Assembly (NCBI GenBank): GCA_963798485.1 | Contig: CAWCTR010000024.1 | Location: 1 to 64,000, forward strand | DNA length: 64,000 nucleotides | Source of the DNA: an uncultured delta proteobacterium | GTDB lineage: Bacteria; Desulfobacterota; Desulfomonilia; UBA1062 | Direction of reading: 5' to 3' | Part shown: piece by piece, positions 8,316 to 17,728 of the stretch | How positions within the stretch are numbered: the stretch's first letter is position 1 | How the letters are laid out: every line of letters starts with the position of its first letter | The notes under the pieces: generated by a model | Seen by the model: only the letters and a program-made list of their open reading frames with translations | The model's database searches: none | What the model was told of the DNA's origin: nothing | Position numbers and translations under genes: made by a program

Positions 8316-10835
8316 ATGAATAATGGGAATATATTCATATTAGATATCATTTTCAAAAAATACAGTAAGTGGATTACTATTGGACTTGCCTTAATCTTGC
8401 TGTTCATCACTTTCCATGAGTTTATTTTCGGGAGGCTGTATTACCTGTTTTTAGATGTTGCAAGTGATACAATTACTGAGGGCTATCCATTTTTATATCA
8501 TGTATCATGTTATATACACTCTGAAGGGTTCCCTTTATGGTCATTTGCACAAGGTATGGGGCAGAATATCATGTCAACCAGTTTGTGTGATCCATTTTAT
8601 TGGATAGTCTACCTTTCAGGACCAGAGCACATAGCCTATGCAATAATCTGGATGGAAATAGCAAAAGTCTTACTCACTGCATTAATATTCTATCATTTTC
8701 TTAAACTTTGGAATCTCTCGTATATCACAACAATAGTTGGTACATTGTTGTATTGTTTCAGTAGCTTTATGATAATTGGGGGAGAATGGTGGGTATTTTC
8801 CACGGAAGCATGTTATTTGGCACTACTTCTTTTAAGTTTTGAGAAATTATATCGTCAAAATACTGGGTATCTCTTAACACTTGCAATAGCGCTCTTTGCT
8901 ATCCTCAATCCTTTTAGGCTCTATATTTATGGAATATTTCTTATCATCTATTTTTTATTCAGACATCTTACCTCTGAAGAACCTACACTCAAGAAGTTTT
9001 TTACCGTAAGTTTAAAGATGGCCGGCTTTGGATTTCTTGGAATTATTATCAGCAGTTTTATTTTGGTGGCGAATTATCAACATCTTCTTCAAAGCCCTAG
9101 AGGAGGCGGTAATTTTTCTTACTTTAAAACACTGTTTTCTATACCTGTCTTTTCTTTTGAAAGGCAGGAACATTATGTAACAGCACTATTGCGATTATTT
9201 TCCAGTGATTTGATGGGAAACGGCACAAATTATACCGGATGGCACAATTACCTTGAAGCCCCGTTGTTCTATATTGGGTTACTTCCTTTACTGTTGATGC
9301 CTCAGGTATTTCTATCATCATCAAATAAAAGAAAAAAGATTGTCTATGCTTCCTTTCTTATCGTTATACTTATCCCAGTAATTTTTCCTTTTTTCCGTTA
9401 TGCCTTATTTCTCTTTACTGGAGATTATTACAGAAGCTTTTCAATATTTGTCTCGCTTTCCTTTCTTTTCCTTGGCCTTTATGCTTTGGACGGGATTGAT
9501 AGAGAATATTCCATTAACACTTATATGCTATTGGGAACACTATTTATCCTTATTCTCATTCTCTATTTCCCTTATCCAACTGAAATAACCAATATTAATA
9601 TATCTGATGGTTCAACCTATATTGCTCCCCAGAATAAGACAGGGGTAATTTTAATCAATACAGGATTGCGTTCAGTAATAAGTATTTTTCTCGTGCTTTA
9701 TACCGGCTTGATATTATTATTCAAGTATGAAAGTTGCAGGCCATATCTGCGGATTTCCTTATTATTGATACTATCCATTGAAATTGGCTATATGAACGTG
9801 GGGATCTTGAAGAACAGAAATGCACTACCGAAAGACACAATATCTGTTTTATTTAATACTAAGAATGCTGTTGATACTATCAAAGTTAATGATAAGGAGT
9901 TTTTTCGAATTAACAAAAACCCCAAGTTAGCACCAGTTTATGAGCTGATATACAATAATGCACAAGCTGAAGGGTACTATGGAACCTCATGTTATGATTC
10001 TTTTAATCAGAAATATTACATACGGTTTTTAGAAGAAATGGGTATAATCGAGGAAGGGGATGAGTGGCTAAGTAGATACTCCATCGGGTTGATGAGCCAG
10101 CCTCTGTTATGGTCATTTGCAAGTATTAAATACTATATTGGCCTAAATACGGACTATTCTACCATGATGTTAATGAATTATGAGCCTCTTAAGATGATTA
10201 AGAATATTATATTATATAAAAATAATCATTTTTTGCCTTTAGGTTATACATATGATCACTTTATTCCCATAAGTGAATTTAGGAAATTGACGCAACTTCA
10301 AAAGGAACTGACCATATATAAAGCTTTTGTAGCAGAGGAACCTATAGATGACACGATTAAAAGAAAATTAATTAATTATGATATAAAAGAAATCCCACGA
10401 AATATTACTATTGAAAATATTGCTATTGGATCTCATATAAAAGATATTGATCTCCTTCGAAAGGATACTTTCAAAATTGATAAATTCAGCCAGAATAATA
10501 TTAGTGGTACAATAAAGCTGGATACTCCTAAATTGTTGTTCTTCACCATTCCTTATGACAAGGGTTGGAACATTATTATTGATAATAATCAAATCAAGCC
10601 TCTATTAACCAATGTCGGATTTATAGGTTTTATGTTGGAACCTGGGAGGCATGACATTAAATTATACTATGAACCTTCATATTTTATAGCAAGTTTATAT
10701 GTATCCCTATTGGGGTTAATAATATATTTAGGATTGATATTGATACATTTTATTAATAAACTCACATGGATATCACATATGCCTCATCTGGGCCGAAGAG
10801 GAAACGGGGCCGCCCGAAGTAAGGGGATGAAGTAG
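8316..10835 (+). CDS. YfhO-family polytopic membrane protein (GT-C-type glycosyltransferase)
   Basis: 839 aa, many TM helices, PLWSFAQGMGQ, LFFTIPYDKGW and C-terminal TM; AT-rich. The last ~17 codons come from the adjacent IS remnant. Confidence 0.8.
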   Translation: MNNGNIFILDIIFKKYSKWITIGLALILLFITFHEFIFGRLYYLFLDVASDTITEGYPFLYHVSCYIHSEGFPLWSFAQGMGQNIMSTSLCDPFYWIVYLSGPEHIAYAIIWMEIAKVLLTALIFYHFLKLWNLSYITTIVGTLLYCFSSFMIIGGEWWVFSTEACYLALLLLSFEKLYRQNTGYLLTLAIALFAILNPFRLYIYGIFLIIYFLFRHLTSEEPTLKKFFTVSLKMAGFGFLGIIISSFILVANYQHLLQSPRGGGNFSYFKTLFSIPVFSFERQEHYVTALLRLFSSDLMGNGTNYTGWHNYLEAPLFYIGLLPLLLMPQVFLSSSNKRKKIVYASFLIVILIPVIFPFFRYALFLFTGDYYRSFSIFVSLSFLFLGLYALDGIDREYSINTYMLLGTLFILILILYFPYPTEITNINISDGSTYIAPQNKTGVILINTGLRSVISIFLVLYTGLILLFKYESCRPYLRISLLLILSIEIGYMNVGILKNRNALPKDTISVLFNTKNAVDTIKVNDKEFFRINKNPKLAPVYELIYNNAQAEGYYGTSCYDSFNQKYYIRFLEEMGIIEEGDEWLSRYSIGLMSQPLLWSFASIKYYIGLNTDYSTMMLMNYEPLKMIKNIILYKNNHFLPLGYTYDHFIPISEFRKLTQLQKELTIYKAFVAEEPIDDTIKRKLINYDIKEIPRNITIENIAIGSHIKDIDLLRKDTFKIDKFSQNNISGTIKLDTPKLLFFTIPYDKGWNIIIDNNQIKPLLTNVGFIGFMLEPGRHDIKLYYEPSYFIASLYVSLLGLIIYLGLILIHFINKLTWISHMPHLGRRGNGAARSKGMK

Positions 10836-11275
10836 TCCCCAAGGCTCCGAAGAGGCTGGATCTTCAGGGCGGACGGAGTGTGGAGAGAAGATCCCCATGG
10901 ATACTGCCAAGAAGGCACGATTTGCGCAGAGGAGCAGCGTTGAGCGGGTGAATTCGTATTTGAAAGATAACCATGGAGGGAGTCATATACGGGTGGAGGG
11001 CGCCTCCAAGGTTATGGCTCATCTCATGTTCGGACTTATTGTCATAACTGCGAATCAGCTGTTTCAGATGCTTTGTTGAAGGATGAATCAACAGAGCCCG
11101 GATATTTTTGCAACACCTGTTGGACATGAAGGCGGATAGCTGTACTCGAAAATCAACATATGGGGGCGTTGAGGATAGAATCATCGGGTAAATGGTGCTC
11201 ATGAGCTTTACAAAGATGCAGACAATGGCATTATGCTTCAATAACTATATCGGGAGAAAGTTTTGCAATTGGCTC
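10781..11275 (+). mobile_element. Degenerate DDE transposase/IS remnant with internal deletion and surviving right end
   Basis: KRKRGRPK*GDEVVPKAPKRLDLQ jumps straight to the C-terminal RSSVERVNSYLKD..HLMFG (10897-11079). GC rises abruptly. The terminal sequence AGTTTTGCAATTGGCTC lies at 11259-11275. Confidence 0.65.
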
Positions 11276-11290
11276 ATTATATAAAAATAG

Positions 11291-11320
11291 AAAAAGGCAG
11301 GACCGGTATGTGGCCCTGCC
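11291..11320 (-). terminator. Rho-independent terminator of the hydrolase gene
   Basis: Minus strand GGCAGGGCC-ACATACC-GGTCCTGCC followed by TTTTT. Confidence 0.65.
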
Positions 11321-11403
11321 ATTACTCCTTTGACGACAATCCTTGGTCACTTAACCCTTAAAACCTCGCACCGAGAAGACCATTTCTCTTCATCAATCAG
11401 TTC

Positions 11404-12702
11404 TCAGTTCAAAAATGGCGCGATGTATTTCTGCCAGACATCCTGCTGTGCGGTTTTGCTTGCAAGGACGTCAAGATGACCATAGTCGCCAATAATGGCC
11501 CAAGTAACTGGTGAGTTGATCAGATCCGCTCCATGCATATAACCGCCATAACCCAATGCAGTGTTGATCCACAGAACCGGTTTTTTGATCTGGGACCACT
11601 GGATATTGGAGTCACCATCAACGGCATTGACTGCGAAGAAGTCACGATACAGGGCATAAGGCACAAGTCCGCTGCCTACCTTGACGCTTGCCTCTCTCAG
11701 ATTGAACATGTCTGCATGGTTCAAGCTGTATTGATCATTAACCGGGTTGCCGGAAAATACATACTTGCCCGATACATATCCCCCGATCATCGGCCATTCA
11801 GCGGGAAGACCGGTGGTATCGGAAAAGATGCCCGGAAGGATCGCGCTGTCTATCATGGTAAAGTAGAGCAGCCCTTCATAGGTAAAGTCCCCGGTAGCAA
11901 AAGGAGCGCGGGATTCACCGGAATCGATCTTGGGGAAGATCAGCGATATGAGCATCAGCGACTGGATCTGGGAATAGGTTGAATCATCGGTTTGGCCGGA
12001 AGCGATGGCGCCTGCATAGAGAGAGGAGAGCCAGGCTGCAGTATCGAAGTATGTAATATTATAAGGATCAGGGAGTATATCTTCCGGACCGAAGCTGTAG
12101 ATATCCAGCGCGATAACCTTATCGGCACCATCGGGATAAGCACCTGCATACTCGAGGGCATATGCGGCGCCGAAGGAATGTCCTAAGATGACATAGGGAA
12201 GGTTGTTGATCTTTTTCTGTACGATACTTATCACATTATGAATGTCTGCCACGTGTTTATCCAGGCCCCATCCTGCCATCATGGGGTATGATTTAAGACC
12301 TTTGGGAACATTATCTTCCCTGGGGGTTATGCCTATTACCAAATAGCCCTTTGTGCGGAGGAACTGAGTGATGTTGTTATCGATCGGGGTAAAAAAGCTC
12401 GACCTGAAATTTACCCCGCCGCCCGGCAGCAGGTAAATGACCTTCTTCACAGTCTGGAAGTTGCTGCCGACAACATCCACTGTCAATGGATACTTTTCAT
12501 CATAGAAGTTCACCTCTAACCATGACCAGTCGATCGTAACCACATTTCGTGTGGTTGAAGTGGCGGCAGAGGATTTCAATGCCGCTATTGCAGAGTCTGC
12601 AAGCTGCCGCCCTGTTGCTGCATACGCATATGTCGTGCCGGTAAAAAGGGCAGCGACAACGAGAAAAAACACCACCACATGCCTTATTCCCTTGTTCCCC
12701 AT
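11404..12702 (-). CDS. Secreted alpha/beta-hydrolase
   Basis: GGAGG RBS before ATG 12702, signal peptide ending AYA, nucleophile elbow GHSFG, catalytic His in YGHLD. Confidence 0.75.
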   Translation of the reverse strand: MGNKGIRHVVVFFLVVAALFTGTTYAYAATGRQLADSAIAALKSSAATSTTRNVVTIDWSWLEVNFYDEKYPLTVDVVGSNFQTVKKVIYLLPGGGVNFRSSFFTPIDNNITQFLRTKGYLVIGITPREDNVPKGLKSYPMMAGWGLDKHVADIHNVISIVQKKINNLPYVILGHSFGAAYALEYAGAYPDGADKVIALDIYSFGPEDILPDPYNITYFDTAAWLSSLYAGAIASGQTDDSTYSQIQSLMLISLIFPKIDSGESRAPFATGDFTYEGLLYFTMIDSAILPGIFSDTTGLPAEWPMIGGYVSGKYVFSGNPVNDQYSLNHADMFNLREASVKVGSGLVPYALYRDFFAVNAVDGDSNIQWSQIKKPVLWINTALGYGGYMHGADLINSPVTWAIIGDYGHLDVLASKTAQQDVWQKYIAPFLN

Positions 12703-12875
12703 AATACACCTCCATGTTTTTTTATTTGATTTAAAAAGTCTTGCCATGACCTCTTCAAAACCTGTCTGCACTCGGCTGCCTCCTCGAAATAAAATGGAAA
12801 GACATACACAAAACGAAACGTATTTTACATCATAATTGCTCATCATGCTATCTAAAAGTATAAAGAATTGGGGGT

Positions 12876-12997
12876 GAGCCAATTATAAAACTCCCAGAAT
12901 GTCACTCACGCGATAGTGGGAATCCAGTTTTCAAGACCTTCCGGATCCCCCCGCTTTCACGGGGGTGACACCTTTTTTCGAGTTTTACAATTATCTC
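12876..12997. repeat. MITE/REP-like palindromic element
   Basis: Terminal IRs GAGCCAATTATAAAACTC / GAGTTTTACAATTATCTC enclose GTCACTCACGCGATAGTGGGAATCCAG...GGATCCCCCCGCTTTCACGGGGGTGAC nested hairpins. Confidence 0.65.
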
Positions 12998-13227
12998 AAA
13001 CTACTAAAATACCGGTAGAATCGCGTTTACAGGTCCCTCCCTTTGAAAAAGGGAGAACAGGAGGGTTTTTTCATTCTCAAAAGCGGCGTCGGCCTTATCT
13101 GCCTCTGGGTGGTCATGCCCTCAGTCGTGGCAATCATGATACATTATTTCAGGAAGCGGCGCTGGATCTGAGGTGCGTACCAATATATTTGCATGTTCGT
13201 TTTTTTTCTGATAAGTGGCTGCCACAG

Positions 13228-14274
13228 ATGAAGGAATGCATCGTGGAAAAACCTGCACATAGTCTTATATCCTTTGTAGGCCAGAAAAGGCGGATCCTCA
13301 TCGTCTGCCACAACAATCCCGATCCGGACACCATAGCATCCGCTGCAGCGCTTAAGAGCATATTCATCCATACATCCAGTACATCCAGACCAAAGGTTAC
13401 CATCTGCTACGGCGGGGTCATCGGCCGTGCGGAAAACCGCCAACTCTCCCGCAGGCTGAAGATCGACATGATCCCCATTCGCGAGATAGATTTCAGGGAT
13501 TACTCGGTGATCTGTATGGTGGATACCCAGCCGGGCGCCGGCAATAACTTAATGCCCAAGGATATCATAGCGCATGTCGTGATCGATCACCACCCATTAA
13601 GGGATAACACCCGCAAGTGCCCTTTCATAGACGTCCGGCCGCAGTACGGGAGCACTTCCACCATCATGACGGAATATCTACGCGAGCTCGATCTTCACAT
13701 GGACAAGATGCATGCCACGGCCCTGTTCTATGGGCTGAAGACAGATACCAACGGCCTGCTGCGCTCAACAAGCAAGGCCGACCTGGAGGCCTTCAACTAC
13801 CTCTTCCCCAAGATTGCCCCCAAGACCCTTGCATCCATAGAGAACCCCCGCATCCCTAAATCATACTTTCTGAAGTTCGCAGACGGCATCAACAACTCAA
13901 TCCAGTACGGAGATGTGATCATCTCCCAGATGGGCCGGCTCCATAATCCCGACATTGCGGCGGAAATGGCAGACTTTCTCCTCCGGATGGAGAATATTCA
14001 TTGGAGCCTGTGCATTGGCGAATACCGCGACGAACTTGTGCTGTCGGCTCGCACATCCAGGAAAGGCAGGTGGGCGGGCAGGGTTGTGTTGAGGGTTTTA
14101 CGCGGCCTCGGCACAGGCGGCGGACATGAAAAGGCCGCAGGAGGCAGGGTGAACCTCTCCGGATTGTTGCCTGAAGGCCGCAAGGATCTAAAAGACAAGA
14201 TCATCGAGCGCTTTTTGAAGATAGTGGGATCACACGAGCTCAAGGACCGTCGCCCCATCGCTTCTGCTGCATAA
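13228..14274 (+). CDS. DHH-family phosphoesterase (NrnA-like oligoribonuclease/pAp phosphatase)
   Basis: HNNPDPD, MVD, IDHH, KTDT and GGGHEKAAGG motifs. Start at 13228 or GTG 13243; the track's longer N-terminus runs over the repeat. Confidence 0.85.
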   Translation: MKECIVEKPAHSLISFVGQKRRILIVCHNNPDPDTIASAAALKSIFIHTSSTSRPKVTICYGGVIGRAENRQLSRRLKIDMIPIREIDFRDYSVICMVDTQPGAGNNLMPKDIIAHVVIDHHPLRDNTRKCPFIDVRPQYGSTSTIMTEYLRELDLHMDKMHATALFYGLKTDTNGLLRSTSKADLEAFNYLFPKIAPKTLASIENPRIPKSYFLKFADGINNSIQYGDVIISQMGRLHNPDIAAEMADFLLRMENIHWSLCIGEYRDELVLSARTSRKGRWAGRVVLRVLRGLGTGGGHEKAAGGRVNLSGLLPEGRKDLKDKIIERFLKIVGSHELKDRRPIASAA

Positions 14275-14487
14275 GAGAGCCTTTACCTTTCCTTTTATCC
14301 AAAACAGCCTGATATTATAATAAATGAGAAGAAACCATAAGGAATAAGTCCATGGTAACCGAAGCTTGGTCGATCCATTGTGTATCCTTCTCCGAGGGTC
14401 TGAATTTATCCTTGTTTTTTTCCACCGAAAGAGTATGAAGTCAGCCAAATCCAACCATCATTGGGTTATATGCAAAAAGGAGAGGTC

Positions 14488-15033
14488 ATGAAGAAAAGGA
14501 TATTCGTATGTTCAGTAATGATGTGTATGCTTATCGCGCTTATGGCGACAGGTTGTGCAAAGAAACCGGCCGATCAGGCCCAGGAAGTTGTTCCGCCGCA
14601 GAAGGCTGCTCCTGCTCCCGCTGAGACCGGACAGGATATGAAGCTGGCAGGTGTTACACCGGCAGAAGCAACAACCGCACAGGCCCCTGCCCTTGTTACC
14701 GGCTTTGACAAAAGGATATTCTTTGACTTTGACAAGTTTGACCTCACGCCAGAGTCTACTGAAACCCTTAATGGGCTTGCAGCACTCCTGAAGGCCAACA
14801 TAGCTATCAAAGTGAAGATCGAAGGCAATTGCGATGAAAGGGGCACGACAGAGTACAATCTGGCCCTTGGAGACCGGAGGGCAAAAACGGCTATGGATTA
14901 CCTCACGGCACAAGGAATAGATGCGGCTCGCCTGACTACTATAAGCTATGGCAAAGAAAAGCCCGCTGATCCCGGCCATGATGAAGAAGCCTGGGCAAAG
15001 AACCGCAGGGACGAATTCATCCTTATGAAGTAA
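14488..15033 (+). CDS. pal: Peptidoglycan-associated lipoprotein (OmpA-like domain)
   Basis: Lipobox ATGC; IFFDFDK, EGNCDERGTTEYNLALGDRRA, ISYGKEKP, NRRDEF; GGAGAGG RBS. Confidence 0.9.
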   Translation: MKKRIFVCSVMMCMLIALMATGCAKKPADQAQEVVPPQKAAPAPAETGQDMKLAGVTPAEATTAQAPALVTGFDKRIFFDFDKFDLTPESTETLNGLAALLKANIAIKVKIEGNCDERGTTEYNLALGDRRAKTAMDYLTAQGIDAARLTTISYGKEKPADPGHDEEAWAKNRRDEFILMK

Positions 15034-15508
15034 AATAACCATCTTACTATTTGTGTTTTGACGGCATAGGTATTATTAAGAAATAGGAAAGCTCTCACAC
15101 ACGAGTTATGTGGGCGAATAGGGCTAAAAAGGAGTAGACAAATAACCTATTCTGGTTTATGCAAGAAAAAAGCACCATGGAATGCTCTATACAATGGATG
15201 AGGAAGAATTACTCCACAATAAGAAGCGCATCAACGAAACATGCATCGAAAGCAGATGCATGTGCACCTATCTTCGTGCATGCACCATACACATATCCCC
15301 TTATGCTCGTTGCTGTTGACATGGCACAGAAAAACTCGGTAATAGCGGAATACATAAAAACTGACCTGCACTGAGCGCAACTTGCAGGATGCAGTGGAAA
15401 AAGAATCACCAGGACGTTTATGTATGGCAGGACAAAGGTGATTTAAGAAGTATGAGGTAATACCACCTGCTGAATAAAATCGGCAGAAATAAAAAAGGAT
15501 AGGAGATT

Positions 15509-15745
15509 ATGACTATGAAGAAGGGTTCTTTATGGGTTTTGTTTGTGGTTGTCGTGTTTGGGCTTCTGTTGAACGTAACCGCATGCCAGAAAAAAGAAGC
15601 AGCAACCGAAACACCGGCAGTAACAGAGTCAGCTACACCTCCTGCTGCGCCTGAGGCAGTACCGGCAACCACAGGCGGCGCTGCAGCTCCTGCAACTGCT
15701 CCTGCTGCCCCGGCTGCCCCGGCTCCGGCTGATTCACCTAAGTAA
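15509..15745 (+). CDS. Small Ala/Pro-rich lipoprotein
   Basis: AGGAG RBS, lipobox VTAC, low-complexity APAAPAAP tail. Confidence 0.7.
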   Translation: MTMKKGSLWVLFVVVVFGLLLNVTACQKKEAATETPAVTESATPPAAPEAVPATTGGAAAPATAPAAPAAPAPADSPK

Positions 15746-15780
15746 GACAGCGCGTAACATTTTTTCTGACGAGGCACCAA

Positions 15781-15811
15781 GACCACCCTCGGTAAATTAC
15801 CGAGGGTGGTC
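15781..15811. terminator. Perfect 15-bp inverted repeat between convergent genes (probable bidirectional terminator)
   Basis: GACCACCCTCGGTAA-A-TTACCGAGGGTGGTC. Confidence 0.65.
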
Positions 15812-15838
15812 GGTATGGTATTTTTTGAGGAATTCTTC

Positions 15839-17446
15839 CTAAACCAATATCCCGATCAATTCTTCTTCAACATATCTGAGCCGGTCAATCTCATCTTCAG
15901 TGATGAGGGTGCGATATTCATCCTTTTCAATACGCTTCTTTAATATGGCGAGTTGGCGCTCTACATCGGCAAAGACCGTAAGCATGTCGGCCTTCGTATC
16001 CACCGGTGCTTCTTCAGGTACAGGCACCTGGGCGAGAAATTCCTTGGCCTTAAAGATAAGGCGCTCTCTCCAGTGCGGCACATAGGCAGAGAGTCCTATC
16101 TTATCAGTTATGAGACGGGCGAATTCCTCAGATACCAAAGACTCACCATGCACCACAAATACCTTGGGTTTGGACTCGCTGAAGTGGCCTACCCACGCCA
16201 GAAGGTCATTCTGGTCTGCATGTGCGGAGAAACCGCCGATGGTGAATACCTTTGCCTTCACGGCAATATCATCACCAAAGATTTTCACCGACTCGTATCC
16301 ATCCACGATCTTCCTGCCGGTGGAGCCGTTGGCCTGGAAGCCGACGATCACGATGCTCGCACCTTCCCGCCACAAATTGTGCTTGAGATGGTGCTTGATG
16401 CGGCCTGCCGTGCACATGCCGTTTCCGGCAATCACTATGGCCGGGCCCTTGTGTTCGTTAATGGCCATGGACTCGGTCGAGGTCAGGCAGTAATGGAGAT
16501 TCGGCAGGCTGAAGGGGTCAAAGCCGTCCTTCACAATGGCCGTTGCCTCTTCATCATAATACTGTCTGTTCCGCTTGAAGATCTCGGTGGCCTTGATAGC
16601 CAGCGGGCTGTCGAGATAAATCGGTATGTCAGGTAGTTTGCCCTGCCTCTGAAACTCACCTAAGAGATAGAGGATCTCCTGTGTACGCTCAACGGCAAAG
16701 GCGGGGATAATTACCTTCTCGCCATTCTTATATGCATAACTGATGGCCGAGAGCAGCTCTGCCTCGCTCTCTCCTATAGGCTTGTGCACACGGTTGCCGT
16801 AGGTGGACTCCACGAACAGAAAATCCGCATTGAAGATCTCGGCCGGGTTCTTTAAGATGAGCTGGTTGGCCTTGCCGATGTCCCCTGAAAATACGATCTT
16901 AATCTCATGGCTGTTCTCGGTTACCCACATCTCCAGGATGGATGAACCCAAGATATGGCCTGCATTCTTGAAACGAACACGGATACCGTCCTCAATATTG
17001 ATAATCTCGTCGCCCTCCACAGGATTGAGGTACTGGAGGCTGTTCCGGGCGTCTTCCGTAGTGTAGAGCGGACTGATCTCTTCGTGGGCCTTGCGCTTGT
17101 TCCTCTTGCTCTGCCACTGGGCCTCCATCTCCTGTACGTGGGCCGAGTCCAGAAGCATGATCTCACAGAGCTGGGCTGTAGCAGAAGTAGTGATGATCCT
17201 GCCCTTGAACCCATCCCTGACCAGCTTTGGTAAACGGCCGCTATGGTCGATGTGGGCATGTGTGAGAAAGACCGCGCTGATCTGTGAGGGGTCGAAGTCC
17301 CACTCACGCCAGTTGCGCAGCTCCATCTTCTTGCCACCCTGGAACATACCGCAATCCACCAAGAACCTCTTGCCCGATGTAGTCTCTACAAGAAAATTCG
17401 AACCCGTGACAGTCCCGGCAGCACCAAGGCAGGTCACCTTCACCAT
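15839..17446 (-). CDS. MBL-fold beta-CASP ribonuclease (TTHA0252/YSH1-like)
   Basis: VDCG, THAHIDHSG, AGHILGS, FSGD, ESTYG, FAVERTQE, GFSAHAD and VHGE motifs. Confidence 0.9.
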   Translation of the reverse strand: MVKVTCLGAAGTVTGSNFLVETTSGKRFLVDCGMFQGGKKMELRNWREWDFDPSQISAVFLTHAHIDHSGRLPKLVRDGFKGRIITTSATAQLCEIMLLDSAHVQEMEAQWQSKRNKRKAHEEISPLYTTEDARNSLQYLNPVEGDEIINIEDGIRVRFKNAGHILGSSILEMWVTENSHEIKIVFSGDIGKANQLILKNPAEIFNADFLFVESTYGNRVHKPIGESEAELLSAISYAYKNGEKVIIPAFAVERTQEILYLLGEFQRQGKLPDIPIYLDSPLAIKATEIFKRNRQYYDEEATAIVKDGFDPFSLPNLHYCLTSTESMAINEHKGPAIVIAGNGMCTAGRIKHHLKHNLWREGASIVIVGFQANGSTGRKIVDGYESVKIFGDDIAVKAKVFTIGGFSAHADQNDLLAWVGHFSESKPKVFVVHGESLVSEEFARLITDKIGLSAYVPHWRERLIFKAKEFLAQVPVPEEAPVDTKADMLTVFADVERQLAILKKRIEKDEYRTLITEDEIDRLRYVEEELIGILV

Positions 17447-17574
17447 AACATGCTCCTTTCTCGTTGCATCTGGGTGCCCCTCCTAGTAAGTTCGGAACAA
17501 TTCCCCATTAATTTAGGGCAATACCACAAGAAGGCCGATTCATGAAGAGAAACGATAAAAAGATGAGGAGATGC

Positions 17575-17603
17575 TTGACAGGACTTATGTGATGCGTTTA
17601 CAT
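17575..17603 (+). promoter_or_regulatory. Sigma70-type promoter of tRNA-Leu
   Basis: Perfect TTGACA at 17575-17580 followed by a weak -10 (TTACAT) after 17 bp. Confidence 0.45.
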
Positions 17604-17614
17604 CCAAACTGCCT

Positions 17615-17699
17615 GCCCGAGTGGCGGAATTGGCAGACGCAAGGGACTTAAAATCCCTCGGAACTTAGTTCTGTGCCGGTTCAAGTCCGGCCTCGGGCA
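17615..17699 (+). tRNA. tRNA-Leu (anticodon TAA), CCA not encoded; integration target
   Basis: Acceptor stem GCCCGAG/CTCGGGC, D arm GGCGGAATTGGCAGACGC, anticodon arm AGGGA-CTTAAAA-TCCCT, long variable arm, T arm GCCGG-TTCAAGT-CCGGC. Confidence 0.95.
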
Positions 17700-17728
17700 T
17701 TGATATCATTAGGCTTTTCAAAATTAAC

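Noticed and set aside
12916-13227. Long N-terminal extension of the DHH protein in the ORF track
   Set aside because: It is a read-through of palindromic repeats; the plausible start is 13228 or 13243. The same applies to the extensions on LuxC, LuxE, the hydrolase and the transposases.
15159-15409. Short overlapping ORFs between pal and the small lipoprotein
   Set aside because: No RBS or recognisable motif.
15839-17446. Metallo-beta-lactamase resistance gene
   Set aside because: Length and beta-CASP motifs indicate an RNA-processing nuclease.
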